Of a stretch of DNA of 64,000 nt, positions 51,463-60,065 are shown one piece after another. A model generated the notes under the pieces. The model was given only the letters and a program-made list of their open reading frames with translations, was not told the DNA's origin and made no database searches. Where the stretch lies: assembly GCA_944323845.1 (NCBI GenBank), contig CALUUA010000002.1, positions 18,444 to 82,443 of the forward strand, in the 5' to 3' direction. The position numbers were made by a program, and so were the translations under genes. Positions within the stretch are counted from its first letter, which is position 1; each line of letters starts with the position of its first letter. This DNA comes from an uncultured Bacteroidales bacterium. Lineage in GTDB: Bacteria; Bacteroidota; Bacteroidia; Bacteroidales; UBA932.

Positions 51463-53556
51463 ATGAAAATGAAATTTATAAATATGATATTGGCCGCAGG
51501 CATCCTGACAGTCGCTTCTTCCTGTGTGGAAGAAAACTTGGACATACAGACTCCGCCGGTTCAGGAAAACGACGGGATTCAGGACAAGATGTCTGGTCAG
51601 GTCATCCTGAAATTCGATGATTCGCTTTCGGACCTTCTGGACCGGATAGACCTGACAGGTGGTCCGGCCACCCGCTCCGGAGTGAATACGGTGGATGAAA
51701 TCCTCGAAATCATCGGAGGATACAAGCTGGAAAGGGTCTTCCCTGTGAACAAGGCTACAGAGGATCAGTCCAGAGAAGCAGGACTTCACCTGTGGTATGT
51801 AGTGTACTTCGATGAAAGTCAGAATGTGGATGATGTCGTGAAAAAGCTTTCGGTTCTCGGAGAAGTGCAGTCTGCCGCTCCGGTAAGGACCATAAAGAAA
51901 GCCTATGACGACAAGGTTATTCCATACCGCCCGTCCCGTCGGACAATGACAAAGGCGGACGGCACCGAAAATGAAGAAGAGAAGAACCTGATAATGCAGT
52001 GGAATCTGATTAACAACGGCTACGTCTCTGATTATGTCATCAAGGACGGAGTGGATTACCCTTCTGACTATCCTTTCGGCAAGGATGCGGAAGAAAAATT
52101 CATTGCCGGTTCAGACGTGAACTGCAAATCGGCCTGGGAAAGGTGCACCGGTGACGAATCCATCATAGTCGCCGTCCTCGATGAAGGTATCAGGCTGGAT
52201 CACCCTGATCTGAAGGATAACATCTGGACAAATGAGGACGAAGTCGCCGGTTCGGAAGACAAAGACGAGAACGGGTATGCCGGAGACGTACACGGATACA
52301 ATTTCATAGACGGTTCAGGTACGATTAAATGGGATTCCTATGGCGACACTGGACACGGCACACACGTTTCAGGAGTGATCGCGGCAGTGAACAACAACGG
52401 CATAGGCATACATTCCATCGCAGGCGGAGATTATTCAGCACACAAGCCGGGTGTGAAACTCATGTCATGCCAGGTATTCTCCGGAACTGCGGCATCGAAT
52501 ACAGTCCGTCTGGCCCGTGCCATAAAATATGCGGCCGACAACGGGGCTGTCATCCTTCAGTGCAGCTTCGGCTACAATTCAGGTTCTGCCAACCCGTATC
52601 TGTACGGGGAATCCGGCTTCAAGACAGAAGAAGAGTGGGAAACATACTGTCCTCTCGAGAAGACAGCCCTCGACTACTTCATACACAATGCCGGCTCTGA
52701 CAACGGCCCTATCAAGGGAGGAATACCTATATTCGCTTCCGGAAACGAGTATGCCCCGCAGGCCGGTTTCCCGGGTGCTTCAGAAGGCTGCATTTCGGTA
52801 GCTTCAATCGCGGGTGACTATACTCCTTCCACTTTCACGAACTACGGCGAAGGTACGAAGATAGCGGCTCCGGGAGGAGATCAGGACTACTACTTCGACT
52901 ATCAGCAGGGAGATGACGTCACCGAAAGAGGAGCGGTAGGCTGCATCCTGTCCACATTGCCGGATCATGTCAGCGAAGGCTCTGGCTACGGATACATGGA
53001 AGGTACATCCATGGCCTGCCCTCATGTCTCCGGAGTGGCTGCCCTCGGGCTGTCATATGCGGCTCAGCAGCACAGGCATTTCACGGCAGAAGAGTTCCGC
53101 GAACTCCTGTTCGATTCATGCACGGCCATAGACAGCTACATGACCGGAACCAAGTTCTACTATCAGTGGCAGGTGGACGCCTCGAGCCTTATCCATCCGG
53201 ACAGGCTGATTCTCAGCAAATACAGGAACAATATGGGAGCAGGGCTTGTCAATGCAGGTAAGCTCCTCGATGCCATAGACAACGGGGCCGGAGAACCGAT
53301 GAAGTTCCCGAACATCTATGTAAAGGCAGGAAGCAAGGTAGCGGCGAATCCGTCGGCTTATCTTGACGGGACCTCATTCACCATCGAGGTTTCCGACCAG
53401 AGCATAGCTTCCGTGACAAAGAATGAACAGAACGGGATATTCACTTTCGAAGGTCTGAAAAGCGGCTTCACTTCAGCTACGATATCCTGGGGCGGCAATT
53501 CGCAGTCATTCGTCATCACGGTAAGCACGAGCGATTCGGCTTCCGGCTGGCTTTAA
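51463..53556 (+). CDS. Subtilase (S8) serine protease lipoprotein with prodomain and C-terminal Ig-like domain
   Basis: Lipobox ASSC-VEE; intact triad VAVLDEG (Asp), HGTHVSG (His), GTSMACPHVSG (Ser); oxyanion FASGNE. Confidence 0.93.
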   Translation: MKMKFINMILAAGILTVASSCVEENLDIQTPPVQENDGIQDKMSGQVILKFDDSLSDLLDRIDLTGGPATRSGVNTVDEILEIIGGYKLERVFPVNKATEDQSREAGLHLWYVVYFDESQNVDDVVKKLSVLGEVQSAAPVRTIKKAYDDKVIPYRPSRRTMTKADGTENEEEKNLIMQWNLINNGYVSDYVIKDGVDYPSDYPFGKDAEEKFIAGSDVNCKSAWERCTGDESIIVAVLDEGIRLDHPDLKDNIWTNEDEVAGSEDKDENGYAGDVHGYNFIDGSGTIKWDSYGDTGHGTHVSGVIAAVNNNGIGIHSIAGGDYSAHKPGVKLMSCQVFSGTAASNTVRLARAIKYAADNGAVILQCSFGYNSGSANPYLYGESGFKTEEEWETYCPLEKTALDYFIHNAGSDNGPIKGGIPIFASGNEYAPQAGFPGASEGCISVASIAGDYTPSTFTNYGEGTKIAAPGGDQDYYFDYQQGDDVTERGAVGCILSTLPDHVSEGSGYGYMEGTSMACPHVSGVAALGLSYAAQQHRHFTAEEFRELLFDSCTAIDSYMTGTKFYYQWQVDASSLIHPDRLILSKYRNNMGAGLVNAGKLLDAIDNGAGEPMKFPNIYVKAGSKVAANPSAYLDGTSFTIEVSDQSIASVTKNEQNGIFTFEGLKSGFTSATISWGGNSQSFVITVSTSDSASGWL

Positions 53557-53576
53557 CAGGCAGTGCTCCGGAAAGG

Positions 53577-54359
53577 ATGAAACGCGTTACGCTCATATCC
53601 GCGGCTCTTGGGCTTTTCCTCCCGGGCATCCTCCATGCCCAGTCGGAAAGGGAGCGTCTGATAGACAGCCTGCTCCACCCGGAAATTTCCGAGGCCGGAG
53701 CCGCGATGAGTTTTGAGCGTACAGTAATAGACGCCGGAGAAATGCCGGAAGATACTGTCCCTCCTGAATATATGTTCCGCTGGGAAAATACCGGAAAGGA
53801 GCCGGTCACAGTGCTGAAAGTATCCACTACATGCAGCTGCGCCGTTCCGTCCTTCGAAAAAAAGGCGGTAATGCCGGGAGAGAAAAGTTCTTTGAAGATA
53901 ACATACCATCCCAAGGGGCACCCCGGGAATTTCGACAGGAAGATATTCTTGTACACCGACAAGTCCGGCTCCAAGCCGGCGGCAGTGCTTGGATTGAAAG
54001 GAAAGGTGATCCCGAAACTGAAACCGCTTTGGGCATTTTCCTATCAGATGGGAGAACTCTACCTGAAAAGGAAGACGGTGAAGTTCGATGCCGGATCCAA
54101 AGGGGAAGAAAGAATCTTATGCCTGAATGCAGGAGGATCTCCGGTGTCATGGGGAGTGGAAACAAACCTGCTCCCGCCTTACATGAAAGTCCGGTTCGAA
54201 CCGGAAGTCATTCCGGCCGGCGGATACGGGGATATCGTGATATCCTATGACCCGGAGGGAGCGCCTGCGAGGATGCTGAAAAACATTCCCGTCATCCTGA
54301 CCGGAATCGATGTCCCGCCTTCACAGCGTACCGTGACTGTTATTGTCGAAGAGGATTGA
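53577..54359 (+). CDS. DUF1573-like secreted Ig-fold protein
   Basis: Signal peptide without lipobox; FRWENTGKEPVTVLKVSTTCSCAVP...PGEKSSLKITYHPKG...FDRKI. Confidence 0.8.
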   Translation: MKRVTLISAALGLFLPGILHAQSERERLIDSLLHPEISEAGAAMSFERTVIDAGEMPEDTVPPEYMFRWENTGKEPVTVLKVSTTCSCAVPSFEKKAVMPGEKSSLKITYHPKGHPGNFDRKIFLYTDKSGSKPAAVLGLKGKVIPKLKPLWAFSYQMGELYLKRKTVKFDAGSKGEERILCLNAGGSPVSWGVETNLLPPYMKVRFEPEVIPAGGYGDIVISYDPEGAPARMLKNIPVILTGIDVPPSQRTVTVIVEED

Positions 54360-54437
54360 AACATTGTCCCGAAGCAGGGCGAGGGACACACACATATCAG
54401 AAATAATTTTTTAGAGAAAATTTAGATAAACCGAGAA

Positions 54438-54911
54438 ATGAAGAATTTACTGAAGACCGTTCTGGCAGTCGCAGCCATTGCCTTTATGGCATCCTGCGAC
54501 AAGAATGCATTGGACGAAGAGACTTATCTCGAAGTCACTCCTTTCAACATCGAGGGTATATGGGAGCTGACGGAACTGAACGGCGTCCCGATGGGCGAAG
54601 GCGTGTTCGCTTATATGGAATTTGTACGTCAGGACAGGAAATTCACAGGATACTATAACTTCGACAGTTTCGCCACTGTCGTAGAGACCGGGAAATATGA
54701 CATAGATATCGAAGACAATTCGATCGGAGGATATTATGACCATTCATTCAAGGAGCAGTGGAAACACAGCTACATCATTTCGGAGCTGACTTCGGAAAGG
54801 ATGGTGTGGACCGCGGAGGACGATGAGAATGAAGTGCGCGTCTACGTGAGAATCGACAGTCTTCCGGACGGCATAGCCCCTGATTCCGAAGATGACGGTC
54901 AGGATGAATAA
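54438..54911 (+). CDS. Lipocalin-like domain lipoprotein
   Basis: Lipobox MASC-DKN; IEGIWEL (GxW) and ISELTSERMVW motifs; 157 aa. Confidence 0.75.
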   Translation: MKNLLKTVLAVAAIAFMASCDKNALDEETYLEVTPFNIEGIWELTELNGVPMGEGVFAYMEFVRQDRKFTGYYNFDSFATVVETGKYDIDIEDNSIGGYYDHSFKEQWKHSYIISELTSERMVWTAEDDENEVRVYVRIDSLPDGIAPDSEDDGQDE

Positions 54912-54948
54912 ACCCGAACTTAAAGTAACACCTATTAATAACTACAAA

Positions 54949-57558
54949 ATGAACAAGACAAATTTATTCCGCCACACGGCTGCAGCAGCCATGGCGGTGC
55001 TGACTGCGGGAATGTTCGCGTTCTCGTCATGCGACACGCTGGACGAGACGGGATTGCAGGACTCTATCGACGATCTGACCGATAGGGTAGAATCTCTCGA
55101 AGAAAAAGTAGCTACTCTGGAAGAACAGGCAGCTACAGTTTCCGGGCTTCTCGAAAAAGGGAAAATCATCAGCGGCATAGCAGAGAATGCCGACGGGACC
55201 GGCTACATCATCTCATATGTGGGCGAAGAGACTACAGATGAAATAATCGTATCAACAGGTCAAACGGAAATCACCATGATTCAGGAAGGTGAAGACTGGT
55301 ACTGGGCTAAAATAGGTGAAAACGGAGAACCTGTACATCTGCTCGGCGAGGAGAACAAGATAGCCGTAGAGCCGGTGATTCCTCAATTCAAGATAGAAGA
55401 GAACAGTCTCATGGTGTCAGTCGACGGGACTGAATGGACAAATACAGGCATAACCCTCGGCGAGGCAGGTTTGAGCCTTATCTCTGACGTAAATGTAGAG
55501 GATGGCTATGTGGAGTTCATATTCAACGGAAATGCAGGCTCATTCAAGGTGAAGAGGGTAACGGAGTTCAAATGCGAATTCCTCAGCGGAAAGACCATTT
55601 TCGAGTATGAGGAGATGAAGAACCTGTCGATGGATGTCAGCGGATATGTGAAATATGACATCGACTATCCTGAAGGCTGGACGGTGGAATTCGACGGGAC
55701 CAAGATGAGCGTAACAGCTCCTGCCGCGCCGAGTGAGTGGAATAAGACACCGTTCGATGAATCCGGACTGATCAAGATATGGCTCTATGACAACAAGGGC
55801 GATGTGGTGTTCGACAAGGTAATGGTACAGATCGGCGGGACACAGATAATCACCCTTTCTGCTACGATGACAGAAGGAGTTGTCAATGTCGTAGCTGAAA
55901 CTCCGTATGCTTCATCATTCTACCTTGGAGTAATGAAAGCTGATGAGTTTACGGCAGAAGCTGCAGCGGAGGCTGCGAATGCGCCAGACGCCACCATATA
56001 TGAAACCAAACAGATAGCAACGGAAGATGGTTGGCAGATCATACCATTCTCTGCACCGTTTGCAGACTTCTATGCTGATGAACCTGAAGTAGGTGAATCA
56101 TATGTAATCTGGGCTTTCAATTATGGCGGGTCTGTAAGTCCTGAAGACATCATCACCATCGTCTACGACTATGGTCTGAATGTGGACGCAGCTTTCTCCG
56201 ACGTCACATTCAAGGATGCTACGGTGACTGTTACTCCGGGCGAGGGCACAAGCTACTTCTATGGAATAACTACTACAGACGACTACTATGCGTCTTCTAT
56301 CCTCTACATGGTGAATGCCGGAATGTATTCCGCTACCAGCGAAGCTGTCAATTCTACGATGTCCGCTCTCAGCGAATCCGACCAGCCTAATGTCCGCTTC
56401 AACATCACGCCCGGTGCATCCTACACTCTGTGGTATGTCATCAAGACTTCTGCCGGCTCTTACACCGAGGCTGACATGAAGACAGTCGATGTGACATTGA
56501 ACGCACTTACTGACGACGGTACGGCAGAAGTAACTTTCGGCGAACCTGTTGTCACATACAATTCCATCGAATTGCCGTTTACTCGTCCGGAGAACACATG
56601 GAGGGTATATGCGCAGTATTTCACTGAGGCCGAATACACCAGCGACTACGAGAGTTCAGATGACGCAGTCAAGGAATTCCTGCTCAATTCATGGCCGTTC
56701 AATACCAATTATCCTACGACATCCGATGTCTACGGTAACTTCAACCTCAGCCCGAACACTAAAGGCTATGTATTCGTAGTGGTCATAGACAATGACGGCA
56801 AGATAGGCCCGCTGCAGAAAAAGGAAGTGACTACTACCGATGTCCCTCGTGATGCCTCTATCAGTGTTGCGCTCGACGGGACAGTAGCAGCCACGGCTTC
56901 TTCCGCTTCAGTGAAACTTTCCGTGACAGGAACTCCGACCACCGTAATCTATTATTTAGCCACGAAAACGGAATTCGATGACCATTGGTCTTTCAAGGGC
57001 GATAAAGAAATCGTAAAATCAGATATGGCCCTGAACCCTAACAACTACAATTACACGAGGGTAGCATACTCGACCTTGACTGACAACACTCTGGAAATCA
57101 CAGGTCTGTCATTCAGTCAGGATTACATTCTTATCGGCTCCGTGGCTTCAGGCGATGAAAGCACAGGATATACTCTCTCGGAAGACTATTTCGAGACTGA
57201 ATTCAGTACTCCTGATCCTACAATCATAGGAACAGAAGATCCCGGATACGCCGATATGCTTCCTGGAATAAGCGAGCCATCCTATGAAACAAGTTATGGC
57301 AGCACTTATGGGAAAGTCACTGTAACTCCTGCAGAAGGCACAGCTACATGGTACTACTATGCCACGACAACGGCTCTCGATGAGTCTAACACGGCTGCGC
57401 TCGTATCTCAGATTACATCTAACGGTAACTCAAGCACCGAAGAATTCGAAATCAACAGGTATATGTACACCACATTGTATGTCTACATAACCTGGACTGA
57501 CGCAGAAGGAAACTATTATGCTCCTGTTAAGGTAGAAATCCCGATGCCGGCCGAATAG
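54949..57558 (+). CDS. Large surface lipoprotein with N-terminal coiled coil (DUF4988-like) and repeated beta-sandwich modules
   Basis: ATG 54949; lipobox FSSC-DTLDE; IDDLTDRVESLEEKVATLE coiled coil; DWYWA motif; repeated VTVTPxEG...YYY-like modules. Confidence 0.75.
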   Translation: MNKTNLFRHTAAAAMAVLTAGMFAFSSCDTLDETGLQDSIDDLTDRVESLEEKVATLEEQAATVSGLLEKGKIISGIAENADGTGYIISYVGEETTDEIIVSTGQTEITMIQEGEDWYWAKIGENGEPVHLLGEENKIAVEPVIPQFKIEENSLMVSVDGTEWTNTGITLGEAGLSLISDVNVEDGYVEFIFNGNAGSFKVKRVTEFKCEFLSGKTIFEYEEMKNLSMDVSGYVKYDIDYPEGWTVEFDGTKMSVTAPAAPSEWNKTPFDESGLIKIWLYDNKGDVVFDKVMVQIGGTQIITLSATMTEGVVNVVAETPYASSFYLGVMKADEFTAEAAAEAANAPDATIYETKQIATEDGWQIIPFSAPFADFYADEPEVGESYVIWAFNYGGSVSPEDIITIVYDYGLNVDAAFSDVTFKDATVTVTPGEGTSYFYGITTTDDYYASSILYMVNAGMYSATSEAVNSTMSALSESDQPNVRFNITPGASYTLWYVIKTSAGSYTEADMKTVDVTLNALTDDGTAEVTFGEPVVTYNSIELPFTRPENTWRVYAQYFTEAEYTSDYESSDDAVKEFLLNSWPFNTNYPTTSDVYGNFNLSPNTKGYVFVVVIDNDGKIGPLQKKEVTTTDVPRDASISVALDGTVAATASSASVKLSVTGTPTTVIYYLATKTEFDDHWSFKGDKEIVKSDMALNPNNYNYTRVAYSTLTDNTLEITGLSFSQDYILIGSVASGDESTGYTLSEDYFETEFSTPDPTIIGTEDPGYADMLPGISEPSYETSYGSTYGKVTVTPAEGTATWYYYATTTALDESNTAALVSQITSNGNSSTEEFEINRYMYTTLYVYITWTDAEGNYYAPVKVEIPMPAE

Positions 57559-57569
57559 GCATTGCATGG

Positions 57570-57619
57570 AATAAAAGAAAAAGGGGACGTGCGAAAGCAC
57601 ATCCCCTTTTTCTTTTATT
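57570..57619. terminator. Bidirectional intrinsic terminator ending the susC operon
   Basis: aataaaagaaaaagggga-cgtgcgaaagcaca-tcccctttttcttttatt: 18-bp perfect outer stem, GAAA loop, A/T tracts on both sides. Confidence 0.85.
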
Positions 57620-57741
57620 GCGGTGAGAGGGGGATTTGCTCCCTGCGGGACCACATCCCCTGCCACTCGCCGGGGTGGCCCTGACAAGAAAAGCCTGAAC
57701 TCTCTTCGAGTCCAGGCTTTTCTTGCGGTGAGAGGGGGATT
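57618..57741. repeat. 19-bp direct repeat of the tRNA-Ser 3' end
   Basis: ttgcggtgagagggggatt at 57618-57636 and 57723-57741. Confidence 0.9.
57685..57725. terminator. Terminator hairpin immediately 3' of tRNA-Ser
   Basis: 13-bp perfect inverted repeat caagaaaagcctg ... caggcttttcttg. Confidence 0.8.
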
Positions 57742-57814
57742 CGAACCCCCGGTACGGGTAAATCCGTACGGCAGTTTAGCAAACTGCTGGTTTCAGCCAC
57801 TCACCCATCTCACC
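57726..57814 (-). tRNA. tRNA-Ser (GCT)
   Basis: Cloverleaf: acceptor GGTGAGA/TCTCACC + discriminator G, anticodon stem GCAGT/ACTGC with loop TTGCTAA, long variable arm GTACGG/CCGTAC, T arm GGGGG-TTCGAAT-CCCCC; CCA not encoded. -7 box TATATTTG at 57896-57903. Confidence 0.97.
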
Positions 57815-57974
57815 GGATTCCTATTCACAGCATGGATGCCACACACATTGTCCAATTCCAACAAGCACATCTATGCTGCCGAATGAATAGGACTGCAAAT
57901 ATACAACAAAATTATTGTTTTGCAATAAGAGCTCCGGAAATCTTCTCCGGCCTCATGGGATACGATACCGGAGA

Positions 57975-59858
57975 TTATCGCTTGAGCACCTTAGTCCCCA
58001 GACTGACAGGATAGACATCGGCCACACCTGTAGCCCTGACGGCCACTACGACCTTGTCGACAAGAGCCTTGTCATCGAAATTGCCTACCACATAGATTGT
58101 CCGCCCGTCCTCCACTGTCCGGGCAATATCCTTCCGGCCGCACAGCTGTTCTATTGCCGGAACGGTCAGGTCCGGCAACCTGTCCCCTGCCGGGACGATA
58201 TTAATCTGATACAGGGTCACTACCGCATACTGACGCTCAAAAGACCTTGCCTTGTTCACCGGGATTTTCTCCCCGTCCATAAAGGCCGTGATGAACGCTG
58301 TCCGGAAGCCGAGTCTTTTGACTTTGTTTATATGCGACAAAGCATCGTTGTAGGATCTGAAGACGCCAGCCCGGTAAGTGTAGCGTCCGTCAGGTGCGAT
58401 TTCTTCGAAAACGGGACTCAGGCCGCGGAATTCCGTCACGTCCGGCCTGTCAGTAAGGTTGAACAGCTGGATCTGGTACACCAGCCCTGCCGGCAAAGTA
58501 TTGTCTTCGGCGAATCTGCCTTCCGGCAATATCATGAAAGTATAGTCGAATTTCTCCACCGGCTTCTCTACCTCGATATCGGGGGCTTCCCCGGGATTCA
58601 TCCGCATGAAGGCATAATTGGAGGCGACACCTTCCACTTCCCTGTCCGCTTCTGTCATCAGCTGGTCAGGATCCAGGGCAATGCCCCTGAACAGAAAATC
58701 CATCTCTATTTTCTGCAGGTCTTCCGAGGCCTTCTTCAGGGAATCCTGCAGGAAAGGCAGGCGTGCCTCGAAACGTGCGATTTCATTCTTGAGCCGGACG
58801 GCTTCGTCCTCTTCCTGATTTTCTTCAAGTCTGGCTCTCCTGGAGTCGATCCCTACGTTATAGCAATAAATCGAATCCCTCAGGGTCTTGACTTCAGCGA
58901 CTTTTGCCGTATAGGTGCCGGTATCCACATCTTCCGGAAGAATCTGCTGCATGGCGGCGCTGTTGTCGAACCTGATCAGGTCATCGACAGGCTCCAGCGC
59001 CATGATTTTCCTTAACTGGGCGATATCGTCCACTCCTTTTCTGACCGGCATGGTCTCCTGCTCGATCACGTAAACGTCCACGCTGTCCCCGGGGCAGTTC
59101 CTGTCCGAAGCGAAGATAGAATATTTGCCGTCAGGAGTATTGATGAAGAGAAAATCATTGTAGGGGGAAGAAAACGGCATACCCATATTGGCCGGAGGCC
59201 CCCATTCCTTCTGATCCTCGTTCCATGAAGAGACGTAAAGGTCGAAACCGCCCATGCCGTAGAGTCCGGATGAGGCGAAATAAAGATGTTTGCCGTCCGG
59301 TGAAAGCATAGGGTATATCTCGTCTTCCGAAGATACCAGATACTCGTTCAGGAGACATGGGGCGCTCCATGTCGTGTCCTTCCGGTCGGTCCTGTAAATG
59401 TTCACCGCGCCATCGGCATCCGGGGCGGAATAATACAGTATCCGCATATCCTCCGGAAAATATATCGCTTTATAGAAAGGATGGCCGGCATCGCTGTTCA
59501 GGATGTTCGGGAGCGGTCTCCAGCTGCTGTCCCGAAGAGGATAGTACAGGTAAAAGTCTTCCGTCGAAAACCTGTGTCTGGCCACCACGGTGGGCTGGAA
59601 CACGAAATCCGTCATGCCAAGACCGTTTTCGGACAGCATCTTGCTGTCCTGAATGGCGATTCTGGCCACCGAATCTTCGGTCTGCTCCAGAGCCTGATCG
59701 TAGAGCCGCATGGATTTTCCGAAGACATATGCCTTACGCAATGAGTCGGCCCGCCTTAACAGGCTGTCAACATCTTGAGAGGCATATATTTCCATGTTTC
59801 CGGAAAATAAAAACAATGTCAGGAGAATCGGAACGGTCTTTTTCAGGTAATCGGTCAT
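57975..59858 (-). CDS. Secreted PD40-repeat protein with coiled coil and C-terminal SPOR-like domains
   Basis: Signal peptide; DEIYPMLSPDGKHLYFAS, GMGGFDLYVS, PFSSPYND (PD40-like); YQIQL...YRAGVFRSYNDA...GFRTAFI (SPOR-like). Confidence 0.72.
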   Translation of the reverse strand: MTDYLKKTVPILLTLFLFSGNMEIYASQDVDSLLRRADSLRKAYVFGKSMRLYDQALEQTEDSVARIAIQDSKMLSENGLGMTDFVFQPTVVARHRFSTEDFYLYYPLRDSSWRPLPNILNSDAGHPFYKAIYFPEDMRILYYSAPDADGAVNIYRTDRKDTTWSAPCLLNEYLVSSEDEIYPMLSPDGKHLYFASSGLYGMGGFDLYVSSWNEDQKEWGPPANMGMPFSSPYNDFLFINTPDGKYSIFASDRNCPGDSVDVYVIEQETMPVRKGVDDIAQLRKIMALEPVDDLIRFDNSAAMQQILPEDVDTGTYTAKVAEVKTLRDSIYCYNVGIDSRRARLEENQEEDEAVRLKNEIARFEARLPFLQDSLKKASEDLQKIEMDFLFRGIALDPDQLMTEADREVEGVASNYAFMRMNPGEAPDIEVEKPVEKFDYTFMILPEGRFAEDNTLPAGLVYQIQLFNLTDRPDVTEFRGLSPVFEEIAPDGRYTYRAGVFRSYNDALSHINKVKRLGFRTAFITAFMDGEKIPVNKARSFERQYAVVTLYQINIVPAGDRLPDLTVPAIEQLCGRKDIARTVEDGRTIYVVGNFDDKALVDKVVVAVRATGVADVYPVSLGTKVLKR

Positions 59859-59884
59859 TTGTGCTGAGATGATTTACAAGTATG

Positions 59885-59994
59885 CAAAAATATAAAATTG
59901 TCAAGAGAGTATCCGTCTTTTTTTGAATATATCGGATAAATCTCATCGAAAATCATCAAAACAGCTTCTTAATAAGAAAAAAATAGTAAATTTG
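59885..59994. promoter_or_regulatory. Divergent Bacteroidota -7 boxes
   Basis: TATTTTTG on minus strand at 59885-59892; TAAATTTG on plus strand at 59987-59994 (secDF). Confidence 0.5.
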
Positions 59995-60065
59995 TGCCCT
60001 ATTTGTGGCATTGTGTCCGTAAGGACCTGACCCGGAAAATATTAATCAAAAATTTACGATAAATT

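Noticed and set aside
38504-57741. Idea that the susC-LRR-protease operon is an island integrated at tRNA-Ser
   Set aside because: The second tRNA-end copy is only 105 bp from the tRNA, I found no copy at the far (sdaA) side, and there is no integrase.
57570-57741. Possible CRISPR-like repeat-spacer
   Set aside because: Only two 19-bp copies, identical to the tRNA end; no cas genes in the window.
21156-57853. ACATTGTCC recurring in three intergenic regions (21158, 54361, 57845)
   Set aside because: A 9-11-bp match at inconsistent positions relative to starts; not clearly above chance.
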